NCBI GenBank assembly: GCA_002269645.1
Contig: NIVC01000930.1
Location: forward strand, 1 to 64,000
Reading direction: 5' to 3'
DNA: 64,000 nucleotides
DNA from: Macrostomum lignano
Taxonomy: Eukaryota
The notes beneath the pieces are model-generated. The model saw only the letters and a program-made list of their open reading frames with translations. It did no database searches and was not told the origin of the DNA. Below are positions 38,201-49,342 of this stretch, piece after piece (within the stretch, counting starts at the first letter, position 1; every line of letters starts with the position of its first letter). Position numbers and translations under genes: made by a program.

Positions 38201-38639
38201 CTAAATAATATTTATAAACATAACCAAGTTCAAAATAAAATAGCTGGCATAGGTACTAAAATGATTATTACCAAAGGATAGGCCCTATTTCTATGGTATT
38301 GTCACTGAAATGATTTTGCATGTTACTAGTGATTGTCACTAAGAGGAAGATAAGAACTATAAATTGAAAGGTATAATTGCTCAAGTTGTATATTATCTGA
38401 TGCAAAATGTAATAGTACACGCTTATACAATAAATAAAACCAATAGAAATCTAGCCTAAGATGTGCAGATTTGCATAATATGGGGCCTAGCTCTAATGTA
38501 ATTTTGTAATTGAAAACTCATTGAAACGAATGAAAGTCTTTTTACAATAAACAACCCATATTTTTACCTTGTAACGATCAAATCCTTTTATAACATCACT
38601 GTTCAGATATTTGTAGTAGAAAAGTCTCATCAAGCCCAT
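28981..38639 (-). CDS. SELENOI: Ethanolaminephosphotransferase 1 (EPT1/SELENOI-like CDP-alcohol phosphotransferase), 397 aa, 7 exons
   Basis: Exons are 38639-38568 ([24 protein letters not shown]), 33895-33827, 33739-33547, 32671-32412, 31926-31815, 31397-31168 and 29238-28981, with consistent phases. Catalytic motif [57 protein letters not shown] and [10 protein letters not shown] are present. Confidence 0.92.
30355..31141. repeat. 22/23-bp G-rich minisatellite (GACAGGGCGGAATGGGGAGATA) in the last EPT1 intron; a second purine-rich tract lies at about 29270-29650
   Basis: Directly visible. Confidence 0.95.
31490..31720. repeat. 23-bp minisatellite (GGTTGCTAGGGGCGATTCTAGAT) in EPT1 intron 5
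   Basis: Directly visible. Confidence 0.9.
32055..32402. repeat. (CAGA)n microsatellite in EPT1 intron 4
   Basis: Directly visible. Confidence 0.95.
32695..33490. repeat. 22-bp minisatellite (GTCTATCTGAGTTTCTCATGCA) filling EPT1 intron 3
   Basis: Directly visible and highly homogeneous. Confidence 0.97.
35693..36399. mobile_element. Old non-autonomous TIR element with subterminal GTCATTTTGGTRAC repeats in EPT1 intron 1
   Basis: Inverted arrays of TTTTGGTGACA sit at both ends. Flanks ATATTATA and ATATTACA give an 8-bp TSD with 1 mismatch. Confidence 0.6.
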
Positions 38640-39300
38640 GACTACAATTTGAACTCTTAGAAAATATTTGAAGAATTAACTTTAAGACTTAACTTTATTT
38701 ATTATAGTTTACTTTTTTACGAGGTCTTTGTGTCTATTATAGCTTATTTAAACTGTTTAGGACAAGAAAATAGTCGATTTTATAAACAATTGACTACGAT
38801 GAAGTGATGAAATTAAAAAACCTATGCAACAGTATATTACCACTTCCACAAGCCAACAACACCTGACACCAATATTTCTCGATCTGAAGTTCACCCACGC
38901 CGGAATCTCGCTTCAAAAAAGTTCCTACTTTCTTCGAAACGAATAGTAGCGTTCTAAACGGTGTTTCAAAATCTGGAGGTGGGATTCCTGTCCCTTATTT
39001 CAATACTGGCCACTTTCTCTAACAAAGGGCTCTATGATGAAGTGAGTCATTTTCATCCGCTAATCAAGCTAGAAAGTCGTGAAATTTACTTTAGTTTTGT
39101 TCACTTTGTCAAATTAACTGCATCAGGCGCGGATGCAGAAAGATTTTAAGCTAGGCAACATAAATACAAAGCCATTCCGAAAGGTAAACGTAGAGAGAAA
39201 TCGTCATATCTTCTACAAGCGATCTATATCCGCATACGTCCTCTTAGTTAGTTCTTGCAGGTAATGATGACAAAGAATTTAAAGTCGCTGCATGCATGTA

Positions 39301-39998
39301 CCAAGGACGACTTAAGTAGAAGGACGGGAAACCTCGTTTCTTAGAAAATTTTTGAAGGCACTTTTTCCCGAAAAAATACACTGCGGAGATAGGAAATTTT
39401 CATTTTTTCAGCACAAAAATTGCTATAACTTTTGATAGGAGGCAGATCCAGTGTTGATCTTTTGATATGTTGTGCCTTTTTTATTGCTCTATCGATATTT
39501 ATAAAGCTTTTCGTTCAGAAAATTAGGATTCTATGTTAATTTTTTATTCTACGTATATTTTCATGTGTCTTGTGCTTGAAATACATTAGAATGCCACGGC
39601 TTGGCTCTTTGATTTTATGAGTCTATTTTATCCTTCTTACCTGACTGTATAGCAAATAGTCGTAACATAGATGATAAAATAGATTCATAAAACCAAATAT
39701 TAGAGCTGTGTCATGCATTTTTGTGATTTTAGATACAGGAAATATACGTAGAATAAAAAATTAACATAGAATCCTAATTTTCTGAACGGAAAGCTTTATA
39801 AATATCGATAGAGCAATAAAAAAGCACAACATATCAAAAGATCAACACTGGATCTGCCTCCTATCAAAAGTTATAGCAATTTTTGTGCTGAAAAAATGAA
39901 AATTTCCTATCTCCGCAGTGTATTTTTTCGGGAAAAAATACCTTCAAAAATTTTCTAAGAAACGAGGTTTCCCGTCCTTCTACTTAAGTCGTCCTTGG
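39301..39998. mobile_element. Foldback MITE with about 260-bp near-perfect inverted arms
   Basis: 39301-39560 is the reverse complement of about 39739-39998 (CCAAGGACGACTTAAGTAGAAGGACGGGAAACCTCG...). CATGTA flanks both sides. Confidence 0.92.
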
Positions 39999-41108
39999 CA
40001 TGTACATGGGTATGGTCATGGGACATGAAAAGGATATGAAAAGGACATGGGTATGGTCATAAAAAGCAGGTGAAATTTTTGCTTCTCCGCTGGCTGAACG
40101 ATATCGACAGTTTTCCCCAGCATAGTTAAAAAGCCCATAGGCAAATTGAATGCGACACGGTATAACTACTATATGAGAGTTATATAGCTTAACTAATAAC
40201 GGCTGCCCTTCGTGTGTCCCCCTCCCGATCGACTTGTTTATCTACAGTCGTCATACTCTGCTGCGCTGCGGCGACACGTGGGTCGACACCAACCGGAGAG
40301 ACAGCGCAGCGTGCTTATAACAACGCCGACGATCTCGCCCTGGCTGTCCTGTTGAGGGCGCCCAGCGATAGCTTCTTTGCTGTTGAGTCAAGTGTCGGCT
40401 TGGTGAACCTGTCGGCCTAAGACCATGTGCCCCGCGTGCCGGATGACGTATCGAGGCTACAATTGTGAGCAGAGGCGCAAATGTGGACAGGCGACGGAGC
40501 TTCCGCGATTTCAGCAGTTCATCCAACTCGGCAGCCTGGCTCCCGACTTCTGTGAGGATCTACGTCGTCGCCACGTGGGCTTGTCTGGGCTGCCCTTCGT
40601 TCCCCCCCCCCCCCCGAGGGCAGTCCAGCAGTCAGAGAGGTCCTACACGTACCTGATCGTTTGGCGTTGCTCCAGGCGGTGGTCCAAACCGTCTGAATGC
40701 TGGACGCTGAGACTGACGGACTCGCTCAAGCAGCAAGTTGACGCCGCAAGTTGGCCATTTTCTCAAAATGTATTTGTTGTCAATATGTTCCTTCTATGTA
40801 AATACCGCATGTGTCATTCGATCGTCGCAAAGTCAAACACTAGCTAGTCAATAATGATTTATTCGCTAAAATAGGAAAATCGATAACTTCGATCGCGATA
40901 AATCATTTGGGTTCTTATAGAAAACAACAATCAATTCTTGTTTATTAATTATGGTATTTAAAAAATATATAGCTTTACCGAAGAATCTTCACTTTCAAAT
41001 AGTTAAGGCCATCGTGGCAACAGACAGGGAAATTAAAACAAATCAATTACTCGAAATGTCATCCGTCAATCAAAATTTTCAAGAATTGAATTAACCGAGT
41101 CCTGATCT

Positions 41109-42465
41109 CTAGACCTCATCCGACAGCAGCCGCTGCGTGTGCTTCGCCTGCTGCTCGACTGGCGTTGGAGTGGGCGAGCGGACCAAGATTAGCGGATTTG
41201 CGTTGTTTTGATTGGTCAGCGCTGAGTCGCCTGCAGCCGCCTGCGCCGCTCCTTGATTGGCCATGGGAATCTCCTGTACATCGTTACGCGACTGGTTTGC
41301 CCCGAGTCGCCTCGAGTGCTTGCACAGGGTTCCTCCGTCGTTGGGCCTTTTCAGCGCGACAGCTCTTCTGTAGAGGCAGCAGCCAGTGGCCAGCCAGGCG
41401 ATGTACAGCAGCAGCAGCAGGCAACCGGATGCGGCCAATGCGTACTTCAGCCAGGGATAGGGCTCGCTCGGGCTGGGCTCGCTATAGATGTAAGCGAATG
41501 ACAGCAGGATCACGGCCACGGCGCCTGGGAGCAGGGTTAGAGCGCACAGCAGGTCAGCTACGATTCGATAGCGCAGGCCTTGGTTAGTCTCTATGCGCCA
41601 GCAGCAGGTGCCCTTAAAGGTGAGAGCATGCGTGAGGGTAGAGCAGAGTGGCAGAGAGTAAGTAGAAGGTAGAGGAGATTAGCAGAGCAGAGATTACTGT
41701 AGAATAACGAGCTCATAGAGCAGAGTAGCTGGCAAAGGAGGAGAGGAGAGGAAAGGAGAGGAGAGGAGAAGAGAAGAGAGGAAAAGGGAGAAAAGGAAAA
41801 GAGGAGAGGAGAGGAGAAATGAGAGGAGAAGAAAAGAGAGGAGAGAGTAGAGAAGAGGAGAGGAGAGGAGAGGAGGAGAGGAGAGGAGAGGAGAGGAGAG
41901 AGAGAGGAGAGGAGAGGAGAGAGGAGAGGAGAGGAGAGGGGACCAAAGGATAGAGGAGAAGAGAGGAAAGGAAAGGAAAGGAGGCGAAAGGAGAGGAGAG
42001 AGGAGAGAAGAGGAAACGAAAGGAAAAGAAGAGGAGAATACAGGAATAGAGAAAAGGAAAGGAAAGGAGGCGAGGAGAAATAAGAAGCGAGGAGAGGAGA
42101 GGAGAGAAGAGAATAGAGGAAAGGAAAGGAAAGGAAAGGGAGGAGAGGAGAAATAAGAGGAGAGGAGAGAGGAGATGAGAAGAGAAGAGAGGAGAGGAAT
42201 GGAAAGGAGCGGAGAGGAGAGGAAAGAAGAGAGGAGAAGGAGAGGAGAGCTAGATGAGAAGACTCACCTGGTTTTCCAAGCGCTCCTGTCTCCTAGTCTC
42301 CTTTAGCTGTTTCTGAGTCAACCTTTGCTGATCCACATTCGGCAGCTGGGGCGACTGGATGAAGCTAAGGCCGGTGACGGAATTGCGCATGCCGGCCCGG
42401 ACAGTCACGGTCAGGTCATTGTTGTTGCAGCGCTGCTGAGTCACGTTGAGATTAGCGACCGACAT
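41109..42465 (-). CDS. Uncharacterised small protein with two predicted transmembrane helices, 233 aa, 2 exons
   Basis: Exon 42465-42268 ends ENQ|GTGAGT and exon 41612-41109 starts after CTTTAAG in phase 0. Hydrophobic segments are IVADLLCALTLLPGAVAVILLSFAYIY and WLKYALAASGCLLLLLYIAWLATGCCLY. The intron holds a (GGAGA)n tract. Confidence 0.7.
41700..42255. repeat. (GGAGA/GGAAA)n purine tract in the intron of the 2-TM gene
   Basis: Directly visible. Confidence 0.9.
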
Positions 42466-43344
42466 GACAGCAGTATTAGATATCAGCTAGTTCAACAATA
42501 ATAGAGTCAGAACACATCAGAGGCCATCCACACAGTCAATATATAGATAAATGACGAATGAACACTGTGTTTTTATGGGTTTGATCTTAGATAAGCCTTA
42601 GACAACTACAGACAGTTTCTGTCAATGTACATGTATGCGCACTTAGCAAGACGAAAATCTCGCCCCCACCCCCCCCCCCGCGACTGTACATACGCACTTG
42701 GGGGTTTAGAGTTGGAAAAGCGGTTGGGCTGCAGCCAATCAGCAATAATTGTTGCTGATACTCGTAATTGGGGTGCATTGGCTCAGAACAGCAACTCATT
42801 GGATTCAGCTAGAAAGACTCGTAATTAAACACTACTAACGTGTAGTAGTGTAAATAGTGTTTTTAGTAACAAAAAAGAGAAAAAAAGCAAAAGTTCAAAA
42901 TCATTTTTTTCTTGCATCCAATTAATAATACCTGCTGTCAATTTTATCAGCAACTTTTATTTGCTTACTTCCCAGAAATGTGATAATTAGTTATTAGCAG
43001 GATTCAAAGTTGAGAATCATTGCCTTTTAGAGAACAAAGTTAAGACGCAGACGAGAGCGCTACAGTATTTTACTTAAATTGTTAAGAGTAGGACAAACAA
43101 ATCACACAAACGTCTCTAGCGAAAACGACTGTTAACTGAGGGTATCAATTAACTAATAGCAGACAGTAATTTAACATTTCTTATCTTTGAAAATTTTCTA
43201 ATTGCAATTCGCAAAACAAAATACCAGCGCCTTGCAGAGAAGCAGAGAAAACATTGGGACACAGACTTCTGTGCTCAAGAGGGAGCTGATGAAACTAATT
43301 GGAGAAATAGGCGATAAGAGAGCAGATTTGATTGCAAACTTGTA

Positions 43345-44465
43345 TTGGGATCAACTGGATATTGGGGAGAATGGGATCAGACTGGATATTGGGGAGAATG
43401 GGATCAGACTGGATATTGGGGAGAATGGGATCGGACTGGATATTGGGGAGAATGGGATCAGACTGGATATTGGGGAGAATGGGATCAGACTGGATATTGG
43501 GGAGAATGGACTGGATATTGGGGAGAATGGACTGGATATTGGGGAGAATGGACTGGATATTGGGGAGAATGGACTGGATATTGGGGAGAATGGGATCGGA
43601 CTGGATATTGGGGAAAATGGGATCGGACTGGATATTGGGGAAAATGTGATCAAACTGGATATTGGGGAGAATGGGATCGGACTGGATATTGGGGAAAATG
43701 TGATCAAACTGGATATTGGGGAGAATGGGATCGGACTGGATATTGGGGAGAATGGGATCAGACTGGATATTGGGGAGAATGGGATCAGACTGGATATTGG
43801 GGAGAATGGACTGGATATTGGGGAGAATGGACTGGATATTGGGGAGAATGGGATCGGACTGGATATTGGGGAAAATGGGATCGGACTGGATATTGGGGAA
43901 AATGTGATCAAACTGGATATTGGGGAGAATGGGATCGGACTGGATATTGGGGAAAATGTGATCAAACTGGATATTGGGGAGAATGGGATCGGACTGGATA
44001 TTGGGGAAAATGGGATCGGACTGGATATTGGGGAAAATGTGATCAAACTGGATATTGGGGAGAATGGGATCGGACTGGATATTGGGGAAAATGGGATCGG
44101 ACTGGATATTGGGGAGAATGGGATCGGACTGGATATTGGGGAGAATGGGATCGGACTGGATATTGGGGAAAATGGGATCAGACTGGATATTGGGGAAAAT
44201 GGGATCGGACTGGATATTGGGGAGAATGGGATCAGACTGGATATTGGGGAGAATGGGATCAGACTGGATATTGGGGAGAATGGGATCAGACTGGATATTG
44301 GGAAGAATGGGATCAGACTGGATATTGGGGAGAATGGGATCGGACTGGATATTGGGAAGAATGGGATCAGACTGGATATTGGGGAGAATGGGATCGGACT
44401 GGATATTGGGAAGAATGGGATCGGACTGGATATTGGGGAGAATGGGATCAAACTGGATATGGGGA
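43345..44465. repeat. 27-bp minisatellite (ACTGGATATTGGGGAGAATGGGATCGG) with 21-bp variants
   Basis: Directly visible; unit lengths divisible by 3 create the long spurious ORFs at 43202-44535. Confidence 0.95.
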
Positions 44466-45188
44466 AAGTGGGATCAAGACAGGACCAGGACAAAGCTAGA
44501 TGAAGGAGCTCAAAGAGAGCAGCTGGGCCAATCAAAGCATAGAAAATGGGCGCAATAGCAAAATGCAGGCAAAAATCCAGAAAAAGACAGACAGACCAGA
44601 CAGACGGAGGAATTTCATAGGGTGCGCAGGATATTCAACTAGCAGGCAAAACAAGATTAAACACAATTAACAAGTTTTTTTGACAAGTCGAATCGGGAAA
44701 AAAACACTGAGAAAAAAACATTGTTGCTACTGCTGCTAGTAGTAGCAACAGTTTATTTTGTTTGATTTTTTTTAACCAGACAATCACAAACACAGCGGCA
44801 GGTGTAAAATTCGGAATGAGAACCGAAATTATCGGAGCGACACTGCATTATACATTAATTATAGTAGTACGGACTTGGCACTGAACTGTCTACTGGCAGT
44901 AGTGCAACCGAGTTTTATTTTATTTTCTAATTGAAAGATCGGAACTGAACTGCAGCTTACTACTCATAGTAGGCTTCAGTTGAAATTCTGGAGTAACTGG
45001 ATAATACAGACAGACATTTTTAGTCGTATTTTTAATAGTAGATAAAATTTTAAGATCAGAGGAACAACCAGAGCTAAAAGTCAATGCAGGCGTTACACAG
45101 GAGCAACAAACGAAACGCGATTTAAATTAATATTACTCATGTTTTCAAGTACCATTTTACGCTCTACCATAAGGTAGGGTGATCCTGC

Positions 45189-48100
45189 TCACAGCTCATC
45201 GTCTGGGTCGTGGCTGCCGCGGGACGAGCGCCGGTCCTCGCCGTCGTCGCGGTGGTCGCGCTCGTCGTCACGACCCCGACTTTGAGACGACGACTCGTCT
45301 CGGGAGCTGCCCGAGTTCGAATCGATGTCGCCAGACTCCACCTCATCAGCTGAGGGCTGCTGCTGCGGCGGTGGTGGCGGCGGCGGCGGAATTGTCGGCG
45401 GCGGAGTGGCGCCTTCGTCCTGCGGCTTTTGCTCCTCAGCACTGCCGGGTGGCTTCTGCTGCTCAGAAGAGGACGAAGTCGAATCTGCATCGGTCTTCTT
45501 GGGGTCGGAATCTGGAAGCGAGTTGATGAGGAAAATTATGAATTGGTAAGCGGGCGTCTGACAAATTGGATTATGAGATTGAAAGATGGAATAGAAAATA
45601 TATAATAACATATAATTAAATATTTTAGGGATCTGAGGGATGGGGGAAACTGAAGGATCGGGGGAAACTGAAGGATCGAGGGGAACTGAAGGGAGGGGAA
45701 CTGAAGGATCGGGGAGAACTGAAGGATCGGGGGGAACTGAAGGATCGGGGGGAACTGATGGGAGGGGAACTGAAGGATTGGGGGAACTGATGGGAGGGGA
45801 ACTGATGGGAGGGGAACTGATGGGAGGGGAACTGAAGGATCGGGGGGAACTGATAGAAGGGAACTGAAGTATCGTGGGGAACTGAAGGATCGGGGGGAAC
45901 TGATAGAAGGGAACTGAAGGATCGGGGGGAACTGATGGGAGGGGAACTGAAGGATCGGGGGAACTGATGGGAGGGGAACTGAAGGATCGGGGGAACTGAA
46001 GGATCGGGGGAAACTGAAGGATCGGGGGAACTGATGGGAGGGGAACTGAAGGATCGGGGGGAACTGAAGGATCGGGGGAACTGAAGGATCGGGGGAAACT
46101 GAAGGATCGGGGGGAACTGAAGGATCGGGGGGAACTGAAGGATCGGGGGGAACTGAAGGATCGGGGGAAACTGAAGGATCGGGGAGAACTGAAGGATCGG
46201 GGGGAACTGAAGGATCGGGGGGAACTGATAGAAGGGAACTGAAGGATCGGGGGAAACTGAAGGATCGGGGGAACTGAAGGATCGGGGGGAACTGATGGGA
46301 GGGGAACTGAAGGATCGGGGGAACTGAAGGATCGGGGGGAACTGATAGAAGGGAACTGAAGGATCGGGGGAACTGAAGGATCGGGGGAAACTGAAGGATC
46401 GGGGGAAACTGAAGGATCGGGGAAACTGAAGGATCGGGGGGAACTGATGGGAGGGGAACTGAAGGATCGGGGGAAACTGAAGGATCGGGGGGAACTGATG
46501 GGAGGGGAACTGAAGGATCGGGGGAAACTGAAGGATCGGGGAACTGAAGGATCGGGGGGAACTGAAGGATCGGGGGAACTGATGGGAGGGGAACTGAAGG
46601 ATCGGGGGAACTGAAGGATCGGGGGAAACTGAAGGATCGGGGGAAACTGAAGGATCGGGGGAAACTGAAGGATCGGGGGGAACTGAAGGATCGGGGGAAA
46701 CTGAAGGATCGGGGGAACTGATGGGAGGGGAACTGAAGGATCGGGGGGAACTGAAGGATCGGGGGGAACTGATGGGAGGGGAACTGAAGGATCGGGGGAA
46801 ACTGAAGGATCGGGGGAAACTGAAGGATCGGGGGAAACTGAAGGATCGGGGAAAACTGAAGGATCGGGGGGAACTGATGGGAGGGGAACTGAAGGATCGG
46901 GGGAAACTGAAGGATCGGGGGAACTGAAGGATCGGGGGAAACTGAAGGATCGGGGGAAAATGAAGGATCGGGGGAAACTGAAGGATCGGAGGGAACTGAA
47001 GGATCGGGGGGAACTGAAGGATCGGGGGGAACTGAAGGATCGGGGGGAACTGATAGAAGGGAACTGAAGGATCGGGGGGAACTGATACCAGAAGGGAACT
47101 GAAGGATCGGGGGATTACTAAAAAATGATATTACAATCGCCACAAAAATGAAGAAAATTAATGGAAACGGTCAAAATGTTACATAATAAAGGAATAAAAC
47201 CTTGGACGCGAGAAACAATCTGCATATCGCCAAATATTAACAGCTGAATCCGAAAATAGAAGCAAAAAAGAGAAAAACGGAGAAAAAATGGATCCAGGGT
47301 AAAAAAGCAACCAGAAGAAGCAGTTCTCCTGCCGGACAGCTCCCGCATGATGGCCGCCCTCAGCATCATCTCGCGCAGTCGGCGCCGATCCCTTCGACCC
47401 AATCGGTAGCTGCCGTCGGCGCCAGGTCGAATAAATCGGCCTCTGCGTCGCTTAGCCTTAGCCTCGGCTTTAGCCCTAGCCTTAGCCTCGGCTTTAGCCC
47501 TAGCCTTAGCCTGTTCGGCTTTAGCCTGGGCCTTAGCCTCGGCTTTAGCCCTAGCCTTAGCCTGTTCGGCTTTAGCCTGGGCCTTAGCCTTAGCCGTAGC
47601 CTTAGCTTCCTTTTCGGCTTTCAGCTTAGCCGCGGCGGCTTCTTGTCGTTTCTTTTCTAACTCGGCCACCCGGACCAGCTTGTCCCTTAGCAACTGGCCA
47701 AGGCGGGCTCGCAGGCCTTCGCCGCGTTGAATAATTTCGGCAGACGTCACGGTTGGCGGCAGGTGGCAGCCCGACCGGTTAATCGACCGTTCGGCCTCGC
47801 TTTGCCAAAGCTTTGAGTTGATTATTATTGAGTAGCAATTGTTGAGGACGCGCGAGTGAGTGCGGACTGTTGCCTGAGGCTGCGCTGGCTACGCAGAGCC
47901 TCTGGGCATAGGCTGGGATAAAGACTACCTAGTCATACGCTCATACGATGACCCGTCATAAACCGAGGATTGATGGTTAGAATGAATTGAGTCATGACGG
48001 CTTACAGATGGTCAAGGTGGATGAAAATAGGTCATGAAAATTAGAAATGGCTCATAAAGGATGCAATATTGAGTCAGGAAAGGTTATAGATAGAGGCTGT

Positions 48101-49102
48101 TATAGGTCAGATAGGGGTCATGATAGATCAGATAAGGGTCATGATAGGTCAGATAGGGGTCATGATAGGTCAGATAGGGGTCATGATAGGTCAGATAAGG
48201 GTCATGATAGGTCAGATAAGGGTCATGATAGGTCAGATAGGGGTCATGATAGGTCAGATAAGGGTCATGATAGGTCAGATAAGGGTCATGATAGGTCAGA
48301 TAAGGGTCATGATAGGTCAGATAAGGGTCATGATAGGTCAGATAAGGGTCATGATAGGTCAGATAGGGGTCATGATAGGTCAGATAGGGGTCATGATAGG
48401 TCAGATAGGGGCCACGATAGGTCAGATAAGAGTCATGATAGGTCAGATAGGGGTCACGACAGAGAGGTCAGCTTGAGTCATAAAACAGGTGAGAGCAGGT
48501 TATGACGGGTCATATCGGGCTATGATAGGTCACAGTGGGTCATGACAGAGCATTTCGTATTCATTTGAGTAATACGTAAGTTATTTAAATAGAGTCCTAG
48601 TTGATCACAAGCCAAAAATTTATCACGGTTGACACAGAAAAAAGGGTTAAATAAGAACAAAATTGAGCCGAAAAAATGCCGTGTAAAAATGAAAAAACCA
48701 AAAAACGAATTGAGGCAAAAAAGCAGAGGAAAGGTTCAACTCTCAACAAAATTTAGCGGACTGGCAACGACAAAGACCTATTGGACAGAATGACTCACCC
48801 TGCTTAGGCTGCTCAGTTGGTTTCGGAGTTGGCGGCACATAGTACTTGATTTTGCCTAGCAGATAGCTGATCTCCCTCTCCAGGGCTGACATCTTCAGCC
48901 TGATGTCTTCAACCCGAACCAGCGGCTCCTTGGTGAGGTCCTGGCCGTCCACCTCCAACTGTCTGGCCTTCTGCCAGTCCTTTTGTTAAGTAGCAAAATT
49001 GGAATAAAATAATAATAAGTAAAACTGCCACCAGTAATAAAGCACTACTATGAGTAGGAGTCAACTGACTCGGCACTCTTCAAAAACGGTGGGAGACTGA
49101 TT

Positions 49103-49134
<32 letters not shown>

Positions 49135-49310
49135 GACTGACTGCCTGACTGACTGACTGCCTGGCTGACTGACTGACTGACTGGCTGACTGACTGACTGA
49201 CTGACTGACTGACTGACTGGCTGACTGCCTGGCTGACTGACTGACTGACTGACTGACTGACTGACTGACTGGCTGACTGACTGACTGGCTGACTGACTGA
49301 CTGACTGATT

Positions 49311-49342
<32 letters not shown>

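Noticed and set aside
43202-44558. 433-aa LDIGENGIG, 384-aa GYWGEWDQT and related long repeat ORFs
   Set aside because: These are translations of a 27/21-bp minisatellite; units divisible by 3 keep several frames open on both strands, and there is no unique domain.
45536-47143. 535-aa [15 protein letters not shown] on the minus strand
   Set aside because: It lies in HYOU1 intron 18 and is purely the G-rich minisatellite.
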